DNA of 64,000 nucleotides from Bacilli bacterium (GTDB lineage Bacteria; Bacillota_I; Bacilli_A; ML615J-28; CAG-313): NCBI GenBank assembly GCA_017411715.1, contig JAFQPO010000005.1, positions 662 to 64,661 of the forward strand, read 5' to 3'. Shown piece by piece: positions 39,785 to 49,213 of this stretch (position 1 is its first letter; each line of letters starts with the position of its first letter). The notes under the pieces were generated by a model. It saw only the letters and a program-made list of their open reading frames with translations, ran no database searches and was not told where the DNA came from. The position numbers and the translations under genes were made by a program.

Positions 39785-40783
39785 ATGAATGAAGAGCAAC
39801 TTAAAGAAACAGAAGAAACTTTAGTAGAAGAAGAAAAACCAGAACTTGAAGAAATAGAAGAACCATATTTTGATGAAGAAGCGTATGCTTTGGAATTAGC
39901 AAAAAAAGAAAAAAAGGTTAACAAAAGATTATTATTAATCTTAGGAGCTTTTGTAATTTGTTCTTTAATCTATCTAGCTTGTATTTCAACAAGAAATTAT
40001 CAAATTCTACATTCTGGTAGTGATAGTTCTTTTGCCAGTAGTGAAGCAACTGCTTCTATTGGCGCTATTGCTTATTTAAAATATGTAATGTATTTTTCAT
40101 ATGCAATTAGTTTTGTTGGTTTAATTATTATGACATTACTTGTAGCTGGCGTTAAAATTAAAATATCTTATGATATAAAAGCTAGAATATATTCGATATT
40201 AGACTGGGCTATTTTATTACCAATTTGTTTAGTTATAACAACAATGTGTTTTAGTTTATTCTTTACGATTGCGGAAGTTGATGGTACATCAATGGCACCA
40301 AATTTTGCTCCTGGTGATCGTTTATTTGTTAATTACAATAAAGTGATTGAAAATGAAGATGTTGTTATAATCTATGTAGATGAAGAAAAATATCTAACAA
40401 TTGATCATACACGCTTATTTGTTAAACGTGTAGTTGCTTTACCAGGTGATGTTATTTCAACTGATGGCAAAAACTTTTATCTTAATGGTAAAAAAGTAGA
40501 ACCTAGTTATGAGATGTTAAATGATTATTTTGCAGGGAACAAATCATCATTTATATTTACAGAAGTAAATAATAATTTTTGTTTTATTACTAATGTTGTA
40601 GATGGTGTAAAAGAAAAAGAATTGTGTCCACATACTGCAAAATATGAATACACAATCCCAGAAGGCTATTATTTAGTTCTAGGTGATAACCGTGATAATT
40701 CAACTGACAGCCGTAAAATTGGCTTAATTGAAAAAGAAGATATCTTAGGGGTTGTAACAAGAAAAATAAGTGGATTAATCTAG
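39785..40783 (+). CDS. lepB: Signal peptidase I
   Basis: GTSMAPNF (Ser), VKRVVALPGD (Lys), GDNRDNSTDSR. Confidence 0.93.
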   Translation: MNEEQLKETEETLVEEEKPELEEIEEPYFDEEAYALELAKKEKKVNKRLLLILGAFVICSLIYLACISTRNYQILHSGSDSSFASSEATASIGAIAYLKYVMYFSYAISFVGLIIMTLLVAGVKIKISYDIKARIYSILDWAILLPICLVITTMCFSLFFTIAEVDGTSMAPNFAPGDRLFVNYNKVIENEDVVIIYVDEEKYLTIDHTRLFVKRVVALPGDVISTDGKNFYLNGKKVEPSYEMLNDYFAGNKSSFIFTEVNNNFCFITNVVDGVKEKELCPHTAKYEYTIPEGYYLVLGDNRDNSTDSRKIGLIEKEDILGVVTRKISGLI

Positions 40784-40796
40784 AAAGGAGTAAATG

Positions 40797-41639
40797 ATGA
40801 TACAATGGTATCCTGGCCATATGGCTAAAGCAATTCGCGAAATGGGCGAAAATGTTAAATTAGTTGATTTAGTAGTTATATTAGTTGATGGCCGCGCACC
40901 AAGTTCATCAATTAATCCTAAATTAGAAGAATTATTTCAAAATAAAAAATGTATTTATGTTTTAACAAAAAAAGATAAATCAGATACTAAAAAGGTAAAT
41001 GAATGGATTAAACATTTTACTGCATTAGGAAATTATGCAATTAGCTTAAATCTAAAAGAAAACAGTAGTTTAAAACCTTTCTTCAATGTTTTGAATTCCG
41101 CAATGGAAGAAAAAAGACAAAAAGATTTGAAAAAAGGTCTAAAGATTAGACCAGCTAAACTAATGATTGTTGGTATTCCTAATGTTGGTAAATCAACATT
41201 TATTAACCGACTTGTTGGTAAAAAGGTAGTGGCAGTTGGTGATAAACCAGGAGTTACTAAATTACAACAATGGATTAGAGTAAATGAAAATCGTAAAGAT
41301 CCAAAAGAAAAATGTGAATTGTTAGATACACCAGGTGTATTATGGCCTAAATTTGATGATCAAATTGTTGGTTATAATTTAGCTTTAATTGGTTCAATTA
41401 GTGATAATGTTGTTTCTCTTGAAAAATTAGCATTATATTTAATTGAATATTTACAAAAAAATTATCCAGGTGTATTATTTAAAAGATATGAATTAGATGA
41501 GGCAATTGAAGCTAATTTCTATTTAAATAAATTATCTAAAATTAAACATCTTACTGAATTAGAAATGGCTAAGGTTTTGATTAACGATTTTAGAAATGGT
41601 TATTTAGGATGCGTCACTTTAGATGAGGTGTCTCAATGA
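40797..41639 (+). CDS. rbgA: Ribosome biogenesis GTPase RbgA/YlqF
   Basis: MIQWYPGHMAKA, GIPNVGKST, PGVTK, DTPGVLWP. Confidence 0.96.
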   Translation: MIQWYPGHMAKAIREMGENVKLVDLVVILVDGRAPSSSINPKLEELFQNKKCIYVLTKKDKSDTKKVNEWIKHFTALGNYAISLNLKENSSLKPFFNVLNSAMEEKRQKDLKKGLKIRPAKLMIVGIPNVGKSTFINRLVGKKVVAVGDKPGVTKLQQWIRVNENRKDPKEKCELLDTPGVLWPKFDDQIVGYNLALIGSISDNVVSLEKLALYLIEYLQKNYPGVLFKRYELDEAIEANFYLNKLSKIKHLTELEMAKVLINDFRNGYLGCVTLDEVSQ

Positions 41640-42262
41640 TTGATCAATTAGCTTATGAAAAAGAAGCCTATTTAAAAGGATATAACTATGTTGCGGGGGT
41701 AGACGAAGTTGGTAGAGGTCCAATGGCCGGTCCTGTAGTTGCGGCGTGTGTTATTATGCCCAAAGATCAAATGATTGAGGGGATTAATGATTCTAAAAAA
41801 ATAAGTGATAAAATGCGTCGTAAGTTATATAATGAAATTAAAGAAAAAGCATTGGCAGTTGGTGTATGTTTTTTAAGTCATAAAGTAGTTGATGAGATTA
41901 ATATTTATCAAGCTAGTAAATTAGCAATGGAAAGAGCGATTAAAAAGTTAAAAATCAAACCTGATTATGTTTTAACTGATGCGATGAAATTAGATATTGA
42001 TATTCCTCATCAACCAATTATTAAAGGTGATATGCTTAGTTATACAATTGGATGTGCAAGCATTGTTGCTAAAGTCGCACGAGATGATTATATGATTAGA
42101 CAAGCAAAGAAATATCCTGGTTATGATTTTGAAAACAACAAAGGATATCCAACTAAAAAACATAAAGAAGCACTAATTAAATTAGGTGTCTTACCAATTC
42201 ATCGTGTTACTTATCAACCAGTAGCAGATGAACTTAATAAGTTGAAAGAGGGGGCATTATGA
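41636..42262 (+). CDS. rnhB: Ribonuclease HII
   Basis: GVDEVGRGP, NDSKK, IKGD, ASIVAKVARD, NKGY. Confidence 0.96.
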   Translation: MIDQLAYEKEAYLKGYNYVAGVDEVGRGPMAGPVVAACVIMPKDQMIEGINDSKKISDKMRRKLYNEIKEKALAVGVCFLSHKVVDEINIYQASKLAMERAIKKLKIKPDYVLTDAMKLDIDIPHQPIIKGDMLSYTIGCASIVAKVARDDYMIRQAKKYPGYDFENNKGYPTKKHKEALIKLGVLPIHRVTYQPVADELNKLKEGAL

Positions 42263-44343
42263 AATTATTAATTGTGGAGTCACCCGCAAAATCAAAAACC
42301 ATCGAAGCATATTTAGGTAGTGAATATCATGTTGAAGCTAGTATGGGACATATCCGTGACTTATCTATCAAAGGTAAAGGTGGATTTGGTGTTGATATTA
42401 ACAATAACTTTAAACCTGAATATGTCATTTTAGATGAAAAGAAAGCAGTCGTTCAAAAATTAATTGACTATGCTGAAAATGCTGAACACATTTATTTAGC
42501 AACCGACCCCGACCGTGAAGGGGAAGCTATTAGTTGGCACTTACAAGAAGTACTAAATCAAGATCCTAGTAAAGTATCAAGAATTGTTTTTAATGAAATA
42601 ACTAAAAAAGCAGTTGTAGAAGCTTTACAAAATGATAGACAAGTTGATATAAATTTAGTACACTCTCAAGAATCACGTCGTATTCTAGACAGAATCATTG
42701 GTTTTAGATTATCTAGTTTATTACAACAAAAGATTGGTTCAAAATCAGCAGGTCGTGTTCAATCAGTTGCTTTAAAATTAGTTGTTGAACGTGAAAAAGA
42801 AATTGAAGCATTTAACTCAGAAGAATACTGGGATTTATTTGCGGTTGTTAGTAAAGGTGATGTTGAATTAAAAGCTAAATACTTTGGTAAAGAAGAAAAA
42901 CATCAATTAAAGAGCGAACAAGAAGCAAATAAAGTTTTAGAAGAATTACAAGACGCAAAATATATTGTTGATAAAATTGAAAAGAAAGAACGTAAGAAAA
43001 GTTCTAAACCACCATTTATTACTTCAACTCTTCAACAAGATGCCGGCGCAAGATATCATTATAACGCCAAACGTGTAATGGCAATTGCTCAAAGATTATA
43101 TGAAGGGATTGACTTAGGAAGTGAACGTGTTGGTTTAATAACTTATATGCGTACTGACTCAATCCGTTTATCCGAAGATTTCATTAGTGATGCTAAAAAA
43201 TATATCACTAAAAAATATGGTAGTGGTTATTATAAAGGAGTTAAGAAAAAATCTTCTAAAAATAATCAACATATTCAAGATGCCCATGAAGCAATTCGTC
43301 CAACATCCATTGAAAGAACACCTGAGTCAATAAAAGAATATTTATCATTAGAAGAATATAAATTATATACTTTAATTTATAATCGTGCTATTTCATCACT
43401 AATGAGCGATGCTTTAATTGAAGATACTGATGTATTTATTAAAGCTAATGATAATTATTTCACATTGGCTGGTGAAAGAACATTGTATGATGGGTTTATG
43501 AAAATATATCAAGAAACTAGTATTGATGAAATTGATGATTTAGGAAACTTACCTGAACTTTCTTTGAATGAAGAACTAAATTTAATCAGCTTAACACCAG
43601 AACAAAAATTCACTAATCCTCCACATCGTTATACAGAAGCAAGATTAATTCGTAAAATGGAAGAATTAGGAATTGGTCGTCCATCTACTTATGCACTTAC
43701 AATGGAAACATTACGTTTAAGAAGTTATGTCAATATGCAAAGTAGAACCTTTGTTCCAACTGATCAAGGAAGACTTACAAGCGAACAATTAGATTTATTT
43801 TTCTCATCAATTATCAACATTAAGTATACTGCTGAAATGGAAAACATTCTAGATGAAATTAGTGAAGGTACTCGTATCTGGCATGTCGAGGTCGCAAAAT
43901 TCTATGATACTTTTGCACCACTAATTGAAAATGCTCGTGATAATATGGTAAAATTATATCCAAAACAAACTGATGAATTCTGCCCTGAATGTGGATTACC
44001 GCTACTAATAAGAAGAGGTCCATTTGGCGAATTTACTGCGTGTTCTGGATATCCACGTTGCAAATATATTAAGAAAGTTAAAAAACCTGATCCTGTTAAG
44101 ACAGGGGTTGAATGTCCGCTTTGTCATGAAGGTGAATTAGTGGAAAGAATAAATGCTAGAGGACGTACTAAAGGGGCTAAATTTTATGCATGTAGTAGAT
44201 TCCCTAGTTGTCGTGCTACATACTCAGGACTTCCAAATGGGGAGATTTGCCCTGTTTGTAATGGCCCAATGATCACTACAAGTGAGGGTGTTCGTTGTGG
44301 AAATGAGAAGTGTAAGTCATTAAAAGTCAAAAAAGATAAGTAA
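42259..44343 (+). CDS. topA: DNA topoisomerase I
   Basis: IVESPAK, ATDPDREGE, SAGRVQS, ITYMRTD, C-terminal Zn ribbons. Confidence 0.98.
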   Translation: MKLLIVESPAKSKTIEAYLGSEYHVEASMGHIRDLSIKGKGGFGVDINNNFKPEYVILDEKKAVVQKLIDYAENAEHIYLATDPDREGEAISWHLQEVLNQDPSKVSRIVFNEITKKAVVEALQNDRQVDINLVHSQESRRILDRIIGFRLSSLLQQKIGSKSAGRVQSVALKLVVEREKEIEAFNSEEYWDLFAVVSKGDVELKAKYFGKEEKHQLKSEQEANKVLEELQDAKYIVDKIEKKERKKSSKPPFITSTLQQDAGARYHYNAKRVMAIAQRLYEGIDLGSERVGLITYMRTDSIRLSEDFISDAKKYITKKYGSGYYKGVKKKSSKNNQHIQDAHEAIRPTSIERTPESIKEYLSLEEYKLYTLIYNRAISSLMSDALIEDTDVFIKANDNYFTLAGERTLYDGFMKIYQETSIDEIDDLGNLPELSLNEELNLISLTPEQKFTNPPHRYTEARLIRKMEELGIGRPSTYALTMETLRLRSYVNMQSRTFVPTDQGRLTSEQLDLFFSSIINIKYTAEMENILDEISEGTRIWHVEVAKFYDTFAPLIENARDNMVKLYPKQTDEFCPECGLPLLIRRGPFGEFTACSGYPRCKYIKKVKKPDPVKTGVECPLCHEGELVERINARGRTKGAKFYACSRFPSCRATYSGLPNGEICPVCNGPMITTSEGVRCGNEKCKSLKVKKDK

Positions 44344-44389
44344 CAAATAGACAAAATTTTCAAAAATGTTAAATATTTTGACAAAATAC

Positions 44390-44418
44390 TTGACAATTAG
44401 ATAATGATTTGATATACT
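44390..44418 (+). promoter_or_regulatory. Strong sigmaA promoter
   Basis: TTGACA 44390-44395, 17 nt, TG-n-TATACT 44413-44418. Confidence 0.85.
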
Positions 44419-44423
44419 ATTTA

Positions 44424-44650
44424 TGCAACACGAAAGTGTTGTACATATCCCCTACACATTGTTAATGTTATTATTAACAACCCTTCCTAACCCATTGTTA
44501 CCCGCGGTGGGTTATTTTATAACAGGGCTTTATTCTATTAAAATTTAGAAAGGAATAACAATCCCATGCAAGCCCAATACAGCCGCGGCATTTACATTCC
44601 TTGAGAAAAGATCTACCGAACTTTTGTAATATGGTTAGATAGGGATATGT
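44424..44650 (+). ncRNA. Structured non-coding RNA region (C-rich sRNA and/or 6S-like RNA)
   Basis: Locally GC-rich 320-bp gap with no ORF; GAAA-tetraloop hairpin, C-rich linkers, terminator-like hairpin 44488-44518, nested long-range complementarity to 44650. Confidence 0.6.
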
Positions 44651-44662
44651 TAAGAGGTAATT

Positions 44663-45235
44663 ATGAATAAAAAATGCTTTGTTTACATTTATGATGCTAA
44701 TGAAATTTATTTAGAAAAATTAAACTTTTCCACTTTACCCCGAAGTGTTGTCTCTTATTTAGATTCAAAAAAGAAAAGCCCCAAGTTTTTTCAAAGTCAA
44801 ATTGCGTGGTATTATTTATGTAAGGTTCTTGACGAAGAATTCAAGTATGATTTAACTAAACTAGTTTTTAGTTTAGAAAAACATAAGAAACCTAGGATTG
44901 AAGGGGTCCATTTTTCTATTTCTCATTCTAATGATCTAATCGCTTTCTGTGTAGGAAATTCTCCTTGTAGTATCGATATCGAACTAATGAAGGCACGCGA
45001 CTTTTCTAAACTAACTAAAAAATTGACCGAAATCCCTATGGATGTAACACAACCCGAATCATTTTATAGAAAGTGGTGTGCTGGAGAGTGCTTATTTAAA
45101 TTAGGAGAGGAAGAGAAAAATTATAGTTTATCTTTTTATAAAACAAAAGATTCAAATTTGAATGCATACATGCTATGTGTTTGTAGCAATGATGCTTTAG
45201 AAATGAAAAGCAGTTTAACAACAACTCGTTGTTAA
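44663..45235 (+). CDS. 4'-phosphopantetheinyl transferase (Sfp-type)
   Basis: KP...VHFSISHS, SIDIE, W...E...K. Confidence 0.8.
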   Translation: MNKKCFVYIYDANEIYLEKLNFSTLPRSVVSYLDSKKKSPKFFQSQIAWYYLCKVLDEEFKYDLTKLVFSLEKHKKPRIEGVHFSISHSNDLIAFCVGNSPCSIDIELMKARDFSKLTKKLTEIPMDVTQPESFYRKWCAGECLFKLGEEEKNYSLSFYKTKDSNLNAYMLCVCSNDALEMKSSLTTTRC

Positions 45236-45245
45236 ACTGTTTTTT

Positions 45246-45983
45246 TTAGTGATTGTTAAAACGTTGTAAGAATGATTTTGTTCTTTCGTTTTTTGGATTA
45301 TCAAATATTTCTGAAGGTGTTCCATCTTCAACAATTTTACCATCAGACATGAAAATCACACGATCAGATATTTCTTTAGCGAAAGCCATTTCATGAGTAA
45401 CAATTATTAAAGTAATTCCATCATTAGTAAGCTTTTTAATAACATCTAATACTTCACCAACCATTTCGGGGTCTAAAGCACTAGTTGGTTCATCAAATAA
45501 GATGATATCTGGTTTCATAGCAAGACATCTTGCGATAGCAACACGTTGACGTTGGCCTCCAGAAAGAGTTGCCACTTTAGCATTTTTAAATTCTTTCATT
45601 CCTACTAAATCAAGTAAGCGAAGCGCTTCTAATTCGGCTTCACTTTTTTTGATTTTTAATATTTTGGTAGGTCCAATAATACAGTTTTTTAAAACATTCA
45701 TATTGTTAAATAAATTGAATGATTGAAATACCATACCTATTTTTGATCTAATTTGATTGACTTTGTTAAATGAGGTAAGAATGTTTGTACCATTAAAAAT
45801 TATTTCACCTGTATCAGGAATGTTTAAAAGATTAATACATTTTAATAGTGTTGATTTTCCACTTCCTGATGGACCAATAATTGAAATGATTTCACCTTTT
45901 TTAACATTTAGACTAATATCATCAATAATAGTAGTATTATCAAAAGAGATTGATAAGTTTTTAATTTCTAAAATATTCATCAT
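45246..45983 (-). CDS. Polar amino-acid ABC transporter ATPase
   Basis: [39 protein letters not shown]. Confidence 0.95.
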   Translation of the reverse strand: MMNILEIKNLSISFDNTTIIDDISLNVKKGEIISIIGPSGSGKSTLLKCINLLNIPDTGEIIFNGTNILTSFNKVNQIRSKIGMVFQSFNLFNNMNVLKNCIIGPTKILKIKKSEAELEALRLLDLVGMKEFKNAKVATLSGGQRQRVAIARCLAMKPDIILFDEPTSALDPEMVGEVLDVIKKLTNDGITLIIVTHEMAFAKEISDRVIFMSDGKIVEDGTPSEIFDNPKNERTKSFLQRFNNH

Positions 45984-45990
45984 ATCACCT

Positions 45991-46707
45991 TTAATTAGAA
46001 CTAGTAATTTCTACAACATTAGCGCCTAATTTCTTTTCTAAAGCCATTAACAACTTAGATGATGTAAATGTTAAGAATAAGTAGATAATAGCACCAATTG
46101 TGTAAGCTTCTAGATGTAAGTAAGTTGTACCAATGATTGTTTCAGTTGCACTAAATAAGTCAATAATACCAATGGTACTTAAAACTGCTGTATCTTTAAT
46201 ATTGATAATTAATTCATTACCAATTGCGCCCATTGAATTTTTTAAAGCTTGAGGAAAAACAACATAGAACATTGCTTTAGGATAACTCATTCCTAAACTT
46301 CTTGCTGCATCCATTTGCCCTGCTTCAACAGAGTTAATACCTGAGCGAATTACTTCAGTTAAGTATGCGCCAGTATTTAAAGAGACAGTGAAAATACCAG
46401 CAGATAGTGCACTCCAATCAAGGCCAATGAATAAGAAACCATAATAGAAGATTAAGGCTTGTAAAATCATTGGAGTGCCTCTAAAGATTGTAACATAAAT
46501 TTTAACAAAATTGTTTAAGTCTGTTTTTAATACTTGAACAAAATAGTTATCATAAGGATTAATAGATTGAACACGAATCATTCCAAAAACTAAGGAAATG
46601 ATAAAACCAATAATTGTACCACTTACCGCAAGAAGAAGGGTAATACCTACGCCTTGTAGTAAAAGGGTGTAAAAGTCTGTAATAATAGTTATGAAATTAT
46701 CAAACAT
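45991..46707 (-). CDS. Polar amino-acid ABC transporter permease
   Basis: [32 protein letters not shown]. Confidence 0.95.
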   Translation of the reverse strand: MFDNFITIITDFYTLLLQGVGITLLLAVSGTIIGFIISLVFGMIRVQSINPYDNYFVQVLKTDLNNFVKIYVTIFRGTPMILQALIFYYGFLFIGLDWSALSAGIFTVSLNTGAYLTEVIRSGINSVEAGQMDAARSLGMSYPKAMFYVVFPQALKNSMGAIGNELIINIKDTAVLSTIGIIDLFSATETIIGTTYLHLEAYTIGAIIYLFLTFTSSKLLMALEKKLGANVVEITSSN

Positions 46708-46710
46708 ATA

Positions 46711-47541
46711 CTATTCCTTTTGCATACTAACTGCAAGTTCCATCATTGCAAGTCTTTCTTCATTAGAGATTTTTGCAAGTGCTTGGTTTACTTTATTTAA
46801 TAAATCAGTATCAGCTTTTCTAATACCAATTGAAACAACTTTATCTTCATAACTGATATCAAAACTTTCAGTTAATGAAATGTATGTATATTGTGGATGA
46901 GCAGCAATAATACCTTTTGCTACTGGCTCTTCTAAGATTGTGATATCAACTGCACCAGCTCCCATCGCAACAACGATTTCTGGAACAGTAGATAATGGAT
47001 TTTGATAAGCGACGCTTGAATTTTTTTCTTTTGTTTGTTTTGCTAGATCATCATAAATAGTTGATTTTTGACCCATAATTTTAGCACCAGATAAATCACT
47101 AAATGTTTGGGCATTTACATATGAACTATTTTTATCTAATAATAGTACGTGATTAGATTCATAGTATGATTCTGAGAAATTAATTTGTTTTTTTCTTGTT
47201 TCAGTAGGACTCATCCCGGCGATAATTAAATCGATTTTGCCAGAGTTAAGAGCTAGGATTAACCCATCAAAAGAAAGCATTTCAATTTCTAATTCATAAC
47301 CTAATGATTCAGCAATCTTTCTAGCAATCATAACATCATAACCTTCTGCGTAAAGATTCTTTTGATTGTTAACAGGTACATTAGTATTAGTCTTTGTAGT
47401 TTCAGCCCAGTTAAAAGGCGCATAAGCACATTCAAGACCGACGATGATTGTTCCTTTATCTTCATCAAATCCTTTTTTACCACAGCTTGGTAAGATAAAT
47501 AAACATAATAGTAAACATGTTGTTAATAATAATTTTTTCAT
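46711..47541 (-). CDS. Polar amino-acid ABC substrate-binding lipoprotein (probably lysine)
   Basis: Lipobox LPSC; GLECAYAPFNW, GYDV.IA, IIAGMSPTETR; under lysine riboswitch. Confidence 0.9.
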   Translation of the reverse strand: MKKLLLTTCLLLCLFILPSCGKKGFDEDKGTIIVGLECAYAPFNWAETTKTNTNVPVNNQKNLYAEGYDVMIARKIAESLGYELEIEMLSFDGLILALNSGKIDLIIAGMSPTETRKKQINFSESYYESNHVLLLDKNSSYVNAQTFSDLSGAKIMGQKSTIYDDLAKQTKEKNSSVAYQNPLSTVPEIVVAMGAGAVDITILEEPVAKGIIAAHPQYTYISLTESFDISYEDKVVSIGIRKADTDLLNKVNQALAKISNEERLAMMELAVSMQKE

Positions 47542-47571
47542 AATATTCTCCTTTTCGTATTTTAATAAAAC

Positions 47572-47597
47572 AAAAAAGCGCGGTCTAGACGCGCTTT
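47572..47597 (-). terminator. Lysine riboswitch attenuator terminator
   Basis: Minus strand AAAGCGC-GTCTAGACC-GCGCTTTTTT; GTCTAG can pair with aptamer 3' CTAGAC as antiterminator. Confidence 0.85.
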
Positions 47598-47619
47598 GGT
47601 ATCAAACATTGATAATGCA

Positions 47620-47776
47620 GTCTAGCGCCTCTACAAATACTGTAGGAGTGTTATAGATATTTTCTATAACCCCATATATTATTTATGCCTAAATAATATA
47701 TTCGGCGGTGATTGCCTTTCGGTAAGGTCATTGCATGCCTGCTCACTTACGTACTATTCTGCACCGCTACCTCTAT
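47620..47776 (-). ncRNA. Lysine riboswitch (L-box)
   Basis: Minus strand AGAGGTAGCGGTG..AGTA..GAAAGG..CACCGCCGAA..TGGGGTTATAGAAAATATCTATAACAC..GAGGCGCTA. Confidence 0.88.
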
Positions 47777-47905
47777 TAACTTTTTTGTTGTATATATTAT
47801 ACCATAATCGATTAAACAATTTAAACAATATGCGTTTAAATTGTTTTTAAGGTGAAAATTTGGTATAATAATATGAAAAAGAATTCTTAAAAATGAGGTA
47901 TTAGT

Positions 47906-48889
47906 ATGGGATTATTTAGTATCTTTAAAAAGAAAAAACAAACAAGTGAAGCTTTACAAAAAGCTAATAAATATCAATTAGGAATGAAAAAGACTAGAAG
48001 TGGTCTTTTATCAAAACTTAAAAATGTTTTATCAGGATATGATCAAGTAACTGAAGATTTATTTGATGATTTAACAGATGCTTTCATTATGGCTGATATT
48101 GGTGTATCAACTACTTTAGATTTTATTGAAGAGCTAAAAGAAGATGAAAGAGTTGAAGGAATTCATGACCCTAAAGAATTACAACCAATCATTGTTGATA
48201 AAATGTTTGAATTGTATTTAAAAAATGAGATTGTTGATGCTAATCTTAACTTAGAAAAAGATGGTTTAAGTGTTTTACTATTTGTTGGTGTTAATGGTGT
48301 TGGAAAAACAACATCAATTGCTAAAATCGCTTATCGTTTAAAGAACGAAGGTAAAAAGATTTTACTAGCAGCTGGTGATACTTTTAGAGCAGGCGCAATC
48401 GAACAATTAGAAGAATGGGCACGTCGTATTGGTGTTGACATTGTTTCTAAAACTAGTGGGTCTGATCCAACAAGTGTAATTTTTGATGCTATCCAAAAAG
48501 CTAAAGCTGGTGGGTATGATTGTTTATTATGTGATACAGCAGGACGCTTACAAAATAAAGTTAATTTAATGAAAGAACTTGAAAAAATGCACCGCGTTAT
48601 TGAAAAAGAAGTTCCTAATGGACCACAAGAAGTATTACTTGTAATTGATGCGACAACTGGACAAAATGGTTTAAGTCAAGCTGAAGCATTTAGTGAAATC
48701 ACTAATATTAGTGGTGTTGTCTTAACAAAACTTGATGGAACTAGTAAAGGTGGAATTGTCCTTGCGATACGTGATAAATTTAATATTCCGATTAAGTTTG
48801 TTGGCTTAGGTGAAGGAATGGAAGATTTAGAATATTTTGACTTGGAAGATTATATTTACGGTTTATTCGTGGAGAATGATGATGAGTGA
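47906..48889 (+). CDS. ftsY: SRP receptor FtsY
   Basis: GVNGVGKTT, DTFRAGA, DTAGRLQ, TKLDGTSKGG. Confidence 0.97.
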   Translation: MGLFSIFKKKKQTSEALQKANKYQLGMKKTRSGLLSKLKNVLSGYDQVTEDLFDDLTDAFIMADIGVSTTLDFIEELKEDERVEGIHDPKELQPIIVDKMFELYLKNEIVDANLNLEKDGLSVLLFVGVNGVGKTTSIAKIAYRLKNEGKKILLAAGDTFRAGAIEQLEEWARRIGVDIVSKTSGSDPTSVIFDAIQKAKAGGYDCLLCDTAGRLQNKVNLMKELEKMHRVIEKEVPNGPQEVLLVIDATTGQNGLSQAEAFSEITNISGVVLTKLDGTSKGGIVLAIRDKFNIPIKFVGLGEGMEDLEYFDLEDYIYGLFVENDDE

Positions 48890-49199
48890 TTTGTTAGAAA
48901 AGAAGAATCATTATAATTATTTATATAGTTTTTATGGTCAAACCCTTACTGCTAAACAACAAAGTATTTTTGAATCATATTATGTGTATGATTATTCATT
49001 GTCAGAGATTGCTAGTGAGTTATCAATTTCTAGAAATGCGGTTTTTGACACTTTAAAAGTTGTTGAAGCAAGTCTTGATAATATGGAATCAAAATTAAAT
49101 TTAGGTTCTAAAATGAATGAACTTAAAAACGTATTAAATGAATATGAAGAAAAAGCACCTGAATTAACTATAAAGGTGCGCGAAATAATGGATCTATAA
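48882..49199 (+). CDS. ylxM: YlxM-family regulator
   Basis: LYSFYGQTLT.KQ...YY..DYSLSEIA.EL.ISRNAVFD; between ftsY and ffh. Confidence 0.9.
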   Translation: MSDLLEKKNHYNYLYSFYGQTLTAKQQSIFESYYVYDYSLSEIASELSISRNAVFDTLKVVEASLDNMESKLNLGSKMNELKNVLNEYEEKAPELTIKVREIMDL

Positions 49200-49213
49200 A
49201 GGAGTGAAGAGTA

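Noticed and set aside
44490-44520. T-box, SRP, tmRNA or RNase P identity for the post-topA RNA
   Set aside because: No AAGGTGGTACC T-box, no SRP domain IV GGAA loop context, no tag frame or tRNA-like ends, no RNase P P4 motifs
44663-45235. Phosphopantetheinyl transferase as a degenerate pseudo-enzyme (WCAGE instead of WxxKE)
   Set aside because: Key Asp/Glu of the IDIE motif, the downstream Glu and the final Lys are retained; ORF is intact
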